From Tubiluchus corallicola (Eukaryota; Animalia; Priapulida), in the NCBI GenBank assembly GCA_030141605.1, contig JAQGDQ010001451.1:1-40450 (forward strand): a DNA stretch of 40,450 nt, given 5' to 3'. Positions 37,901 to 40,450 of the stretch are shown here, one piece after another; within the stretch, counting starts at the first letter, position 1; each line of letters begins with the position of its first letter. The notes under the pieces are model-generated. The model did no database searches and was not told where the DNA came from. It was given only the letters and a program-made list of their open reading frames with translations. Made by a program: the position numbers and the translations under genes.

Positions 37901-38875
37901 TTTAGCAAATGTCCATTTCCTTTGTTTTTCATCAAAACCCAATTTTACTTCAATTCAATTTTGTTCGTCCAAATGCCATTTCAGTACATAGGCAATATAT
38001 ACATAAGAATGCAATTAAGTATTTAGAATATTTAAAAACATAAATTGGGCAAAGTATAATAAAATTTTCTGCTAAAAGATGTTTGCACAATGGCGCATTC
38101 AGACGTAGAGACTTCTCACAACTCGTTACGCAACTTCTCTCTGAGAGTAAACTTGTACGTGTGAACGAATTGGCAACTTCTCTTGCGACTTGTTACACGT
38201 GTGAACGAATTGGCAACTTCTCTTGCGACTTGTTACACGTGTGAACGGCTTGGCAAATTCTCTAGCAAAAAGTACCACAAATTGCGAGATAAGATGCCAA
38301 GCCAATCTCACGTGCAACTCTCAGAGAGAAGTTATGCAACAAATTTCGAGAGATGTCTCTACATCTGAACGCACCATTAGTCTGTTCTATAGTATTATTA
38401 TGCAAAAACTGGTACCAACATACAGATAATAGTAATAATGCCAATAAATGTAATTTATGTAAGTACAATAGTTTCCAGCGAGTGCTTCTAAACTTGCTAA
38501 TACCTACAGTAGATTTTGTTGTTTATCTTTTTTCCCTTTTTATTTACACTTTGAATTTTTTATTTTTTTAAATATGAATTTTAGACTGACAAACTTGATC
38601 TGCGTTTTCTAAACACCATTTTTGCATTTTCAGCCGAAATGAGTAATACTTGCTTCAACATTGAGGGGGACGTGGCATCATGGCGGATGTCTGACCTTGA
38701 GTTCATTGCCACTGGACCAGTCGACAGTACTTGTCCAGAGATGTGTCTTCCAACACCGCTGACCCAACAGCAGAGAGATTTTCTTACTAATTTCATTTCC
38801 CATGTAACTGACAACGATAGTTTGCTAGCAAGGGTACTATATAAGCTTATACGTCTTTTACAAAAGCGCTATTAA
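29178..38875 (+). CDS. Secreted pentraxin-domain protein (CRP/SAP/neuronal-pentraxin-like), 7 exons, 275 aa
   Basis: Exons 29178-29192, 31004-31043, 32728-32840, 35094-35224, 36015-36139, 37228-37389, 38634-38875 total 828 nt with consistent phases. Motifs: GVFPSHTDTAHIRL..LTSCLWVR, LISYA..QNAF, DGEWHHLCVTF..IDG, LFGQDQDTIGGGFDASESYVG. The first two signal-peptide exons are less certain. Confidence 0.88.
29532..30371. mobile_element. Non-autonomous hAT-Charlie element in pentraxin intron 1
   Basis: Left end cagtggttcgtaacc, right end ggttaggaaccattgccactg; TSD gtctagtc at 29524-29531 and 30372-30379; taccc subterminal repeats. Confidence 0.8.
30400..30935 (+). mobile_element. Second, diverged CR1/L2-group LINE 3' end (related to 22290-22935)
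   Basis: YGTNSVIKQAILLRNSLP..AFKTKLK; shared 3' UTR motifs tagtttag.ttgcact.gacgcatttg, aacactgattg and tggcaaataaagatt. Confidence 0.75.
31004..31043 (+). CDS. Pentraxin exon 2: ILCVVYICLFNLA (signal-peptide core)
   Basis: tctcttttcag acceptor and gtaggt donor; phase 0 to 1, matching the next exon; hydrophobic. Confidence 0.6.
31818..31955. repeat. (TAG)n/(GTAGTG)n microsatellite
   Basis: Direct reading. Confidence 0.95.
32728..32840 (+). CDS. Pentraxin exon 3: SLITCPGFMGVFPSHTDTAHIRLAEPEDDIDELTSCL
   Basis: ttttcag acceptor and gtacc donor; 113 bp; resembles the pentraxin N-terminal FVFP..FTVCL segment. Confidence 0.85.
32875..33470 (+). mobile_element. Dispersed repeat, copy B
   Basis: Same ordered motifs as 20420-21060. 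Confidence 0.7.
34070..34978 (-). mobile_element. Decayed Gypsy-like gag remnant in pentraxin intron 3
   Basis: Across frameshifts: MLTLDELKNF.KAQLQDLLVEYG..G.KAELV (SAP-like N-terminus) and KVRQFEGRTETIESFLQYF..NYSYVK; several stops. Family assignment is an inference. Confidence 0.45.
35094..35224 (+). CDS. Pentraxin exon 4: WVRPNFGTTVSVPLISYANTVSQNAFVINIWGNDMRIFLNGAEG
   Basis: tttttcag acceptor and gtatga donor; 131 bp; SYA..N motif. Confidence 0.85.
36015..36139 (+). CDS. Pentraxin exon 5: DMHRVASTDPGDLRDGEWHHLCVTFNGSTGNYIIYIDGVDR
   Basis: ttatag acceptor and non-canonical GCAAGT donor at 36140; carries the pentraxin signature HxCxT. Confidence 0.88.
37228..37389 (+). CDS. Pentraxin exon 6: ASDSFGSGNIQGGGLFLFGQDQDTIGGGFDASESYVGLVSDITIRSEVATPEEI
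   Basis: aacag acceptor and gtatgc donor; 162 bp; Ca2+-binding GQ(E/D)QD loop. Confidence 0.92.
38091..38376. mobile_element. MITE with long imperfect TIRs (PIF/Harbinger-like ends) and internal 40-bp tandem repeats
   Basis: tggcgcattcagacgtagagac ... gtctctacatctgaacgcacca; inner arms aacttctctctgagagt / actctcagagagaagtt. TSD is not clean. Confidence 0.7.
38634..38875 (+). CDS. Pentraxin terminal exon: AEMSNTCFNIEGDVASWRMSDLEFIATGPVDSTCPEMCLPTP...LIRLLQKRY*
   Basis: ttttcag acceptor, phase 1; C..GDVxxW marks the end of the pentraxin domain; TAA at 38873-38875. Confidence 0.85.
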
Positions 38876-40450
38876 CAGCTATCTAATAGGTAAGAAAATT
38901 TAAAATTCCGTCGTGAGACTTAATATTAATAATTTTGAGCAGGCCCGTTTGTTCCTTATAGACCCCATCAGAACGGTTTTTACATAGCGGCACATACCGA
39001 ATTAAAAATCAAAATTCATTGTGATATATATATATATAAGATTTGGATATCGCTGAACATTAACTGGGATACAGCATTAGAATCCGGAATGCAACGTGTG
39101 CTTAGTACATTAACATGCTTAACACTATGCTTTGTTGATACTACTCTTTACTTATTTTGTATAATTATACACTTACACTATTTATTTATTTTTGTACTAA
39201 TTACATTCTGAATTAAAATCAACGTTTATTGTGACAAAAACAAGCTTTATTATTTGGATTTGGATATGACTGAACATTAACTAAGATATACCATTTAATT
39301 GTGCAATAGGTGGTTCAATTGACTATTTACAAATTTACATATGTGCTGTTGTTTTGAAGTGAGAATGAAGCTTAAGCTATATATGTGTGCCACTGTAGGG
39401 AAAAAATAGTGTAACTGTTATTGTAGCTTGTAGTATATCTATTGTAACCCGTAATAATAAACTTTTCTCTATACCTCAAAGTGCTTAGTAATTATTTTAT
39501 ACATAATGTAAGCTTATTCCCATGTATCATGTTTTATAATAGTATTATACAAGCAGTAACAAAATGTGTGCTGTCAGAATAAATCCACTGTTCAAAATTT
39601 AATTAACTTTTTCACTTTAAAAGAAGATTTCGTATACTATCCCATATTTTCAAGTCCGAAAGAAAAGTAAACATTTTGACACAGTTAATACTGCAAAAGC
39701 GTTTCTGATAATTAAATAATATATTATAAACTTAATTAACAGCGGGTGAGCTCAACTATTGATGACATCACAAACTAACAATTTTTAACAGCACAAATAT
39801 TCCATGAACGTCTGGCACGTGTTTGCGAAAGCGAAAATTGAAATATAGTGCTACTGTATTCAGTATGTTGTGCTAAAACTAAGTAAATTTTGGGATAAAC
39901 ATCCAAATTTCAACTTTACCGCAGTGCTTACGCAGTGAACGTACGCACGTTTCTCACAAATTAACACATCTGAACTGAGAGGCACAGTACCTGTTTTGTG
40001 AGCAATATGTTTCCGAAATGCAGGCGCTAGCACCCATCTAACTAGCGAATGGCAAATGCATGTAACAACGAAGAACTAGTGGCCAGAACGCGAAATTGTG
40101 TTTGTGTGGCGATAATTCTTGGAACATGTCGTTTTTGAAAAAATAGTATGTTTCTTTTTAATATTTTAAAAAGGGGATGGTTTTGACTTACTGTTTAAGA
40201 CTGGGTTCGGTTTTGATTTAATAAAATGAATTTCTAAAATGAAACAAGTTGTACACAGTGAAAAACAACTTTCTGTAAGTGGAGAGTTTCCTTGCGCTTT
40301 AAAACAGGAAAATCTAATGAGATCAGAATCTTACCTCGTGACGCTATAATGGGCACAATTGGACTCGCGTCCCACGTTTCCGAGTATGCTACTTAAAACC
40401 AAAAAAATCTTCAAAAGTGTGCGTTCGTATGCGTTCACTATGGTGTCATG

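Noticed and set aside
40335-40450. Minus-strand open frame ending at an AG/gtaaga donor (phase 2) as the missing upstream SLC5 exon
   Set aside because: The phase fits, but the peptide (..LLKIFLVLSSILGNVGRESNCAHYSVT) shows no SLC5 motif and is cut by the window edge.

Overview
This is AT-rich, intron- and repeat-rich animal (probably invertebrate) genomic DNA; none of the long ORF-track entries is a real gene. Two spliced genes can be rebuilt by hand. (1) Minus strand, 9640-26019: ten phase-compatible exons forming the 3' two-thirds of an SLC5 sodium:solute symporter of the SMCT/SMVT/NIS subfamily. It ends in a PDZ-type motif (ESYI*) and has an apparent frameshift in one exon; its 5' exons were not found in the window. 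(2) Plus strand, 29178-38875: a complete seven-exon, 275-aa secreted pentraxin with a GC-AG intron and an extra C-terminal helical tail, possibly nested antisense in an SLC5 intron. Mobile elements include three copies of a hAT-Charlie MITE with 8-bp TSDs, other hAT MITEs, a 5S rRNA-headed SINE with an 11-bp TSD, an internally deleted RTE element, LINE 3' ends and a decayed Gypsy-like gag. Repeats include a 3.5-kb 27-bp satellite starting just after the SLC5 stop codon, 82-, 86- and 38-bp minisatellites, microsatellites and two long inverted repeats. All calls are by eye; no database search was run.
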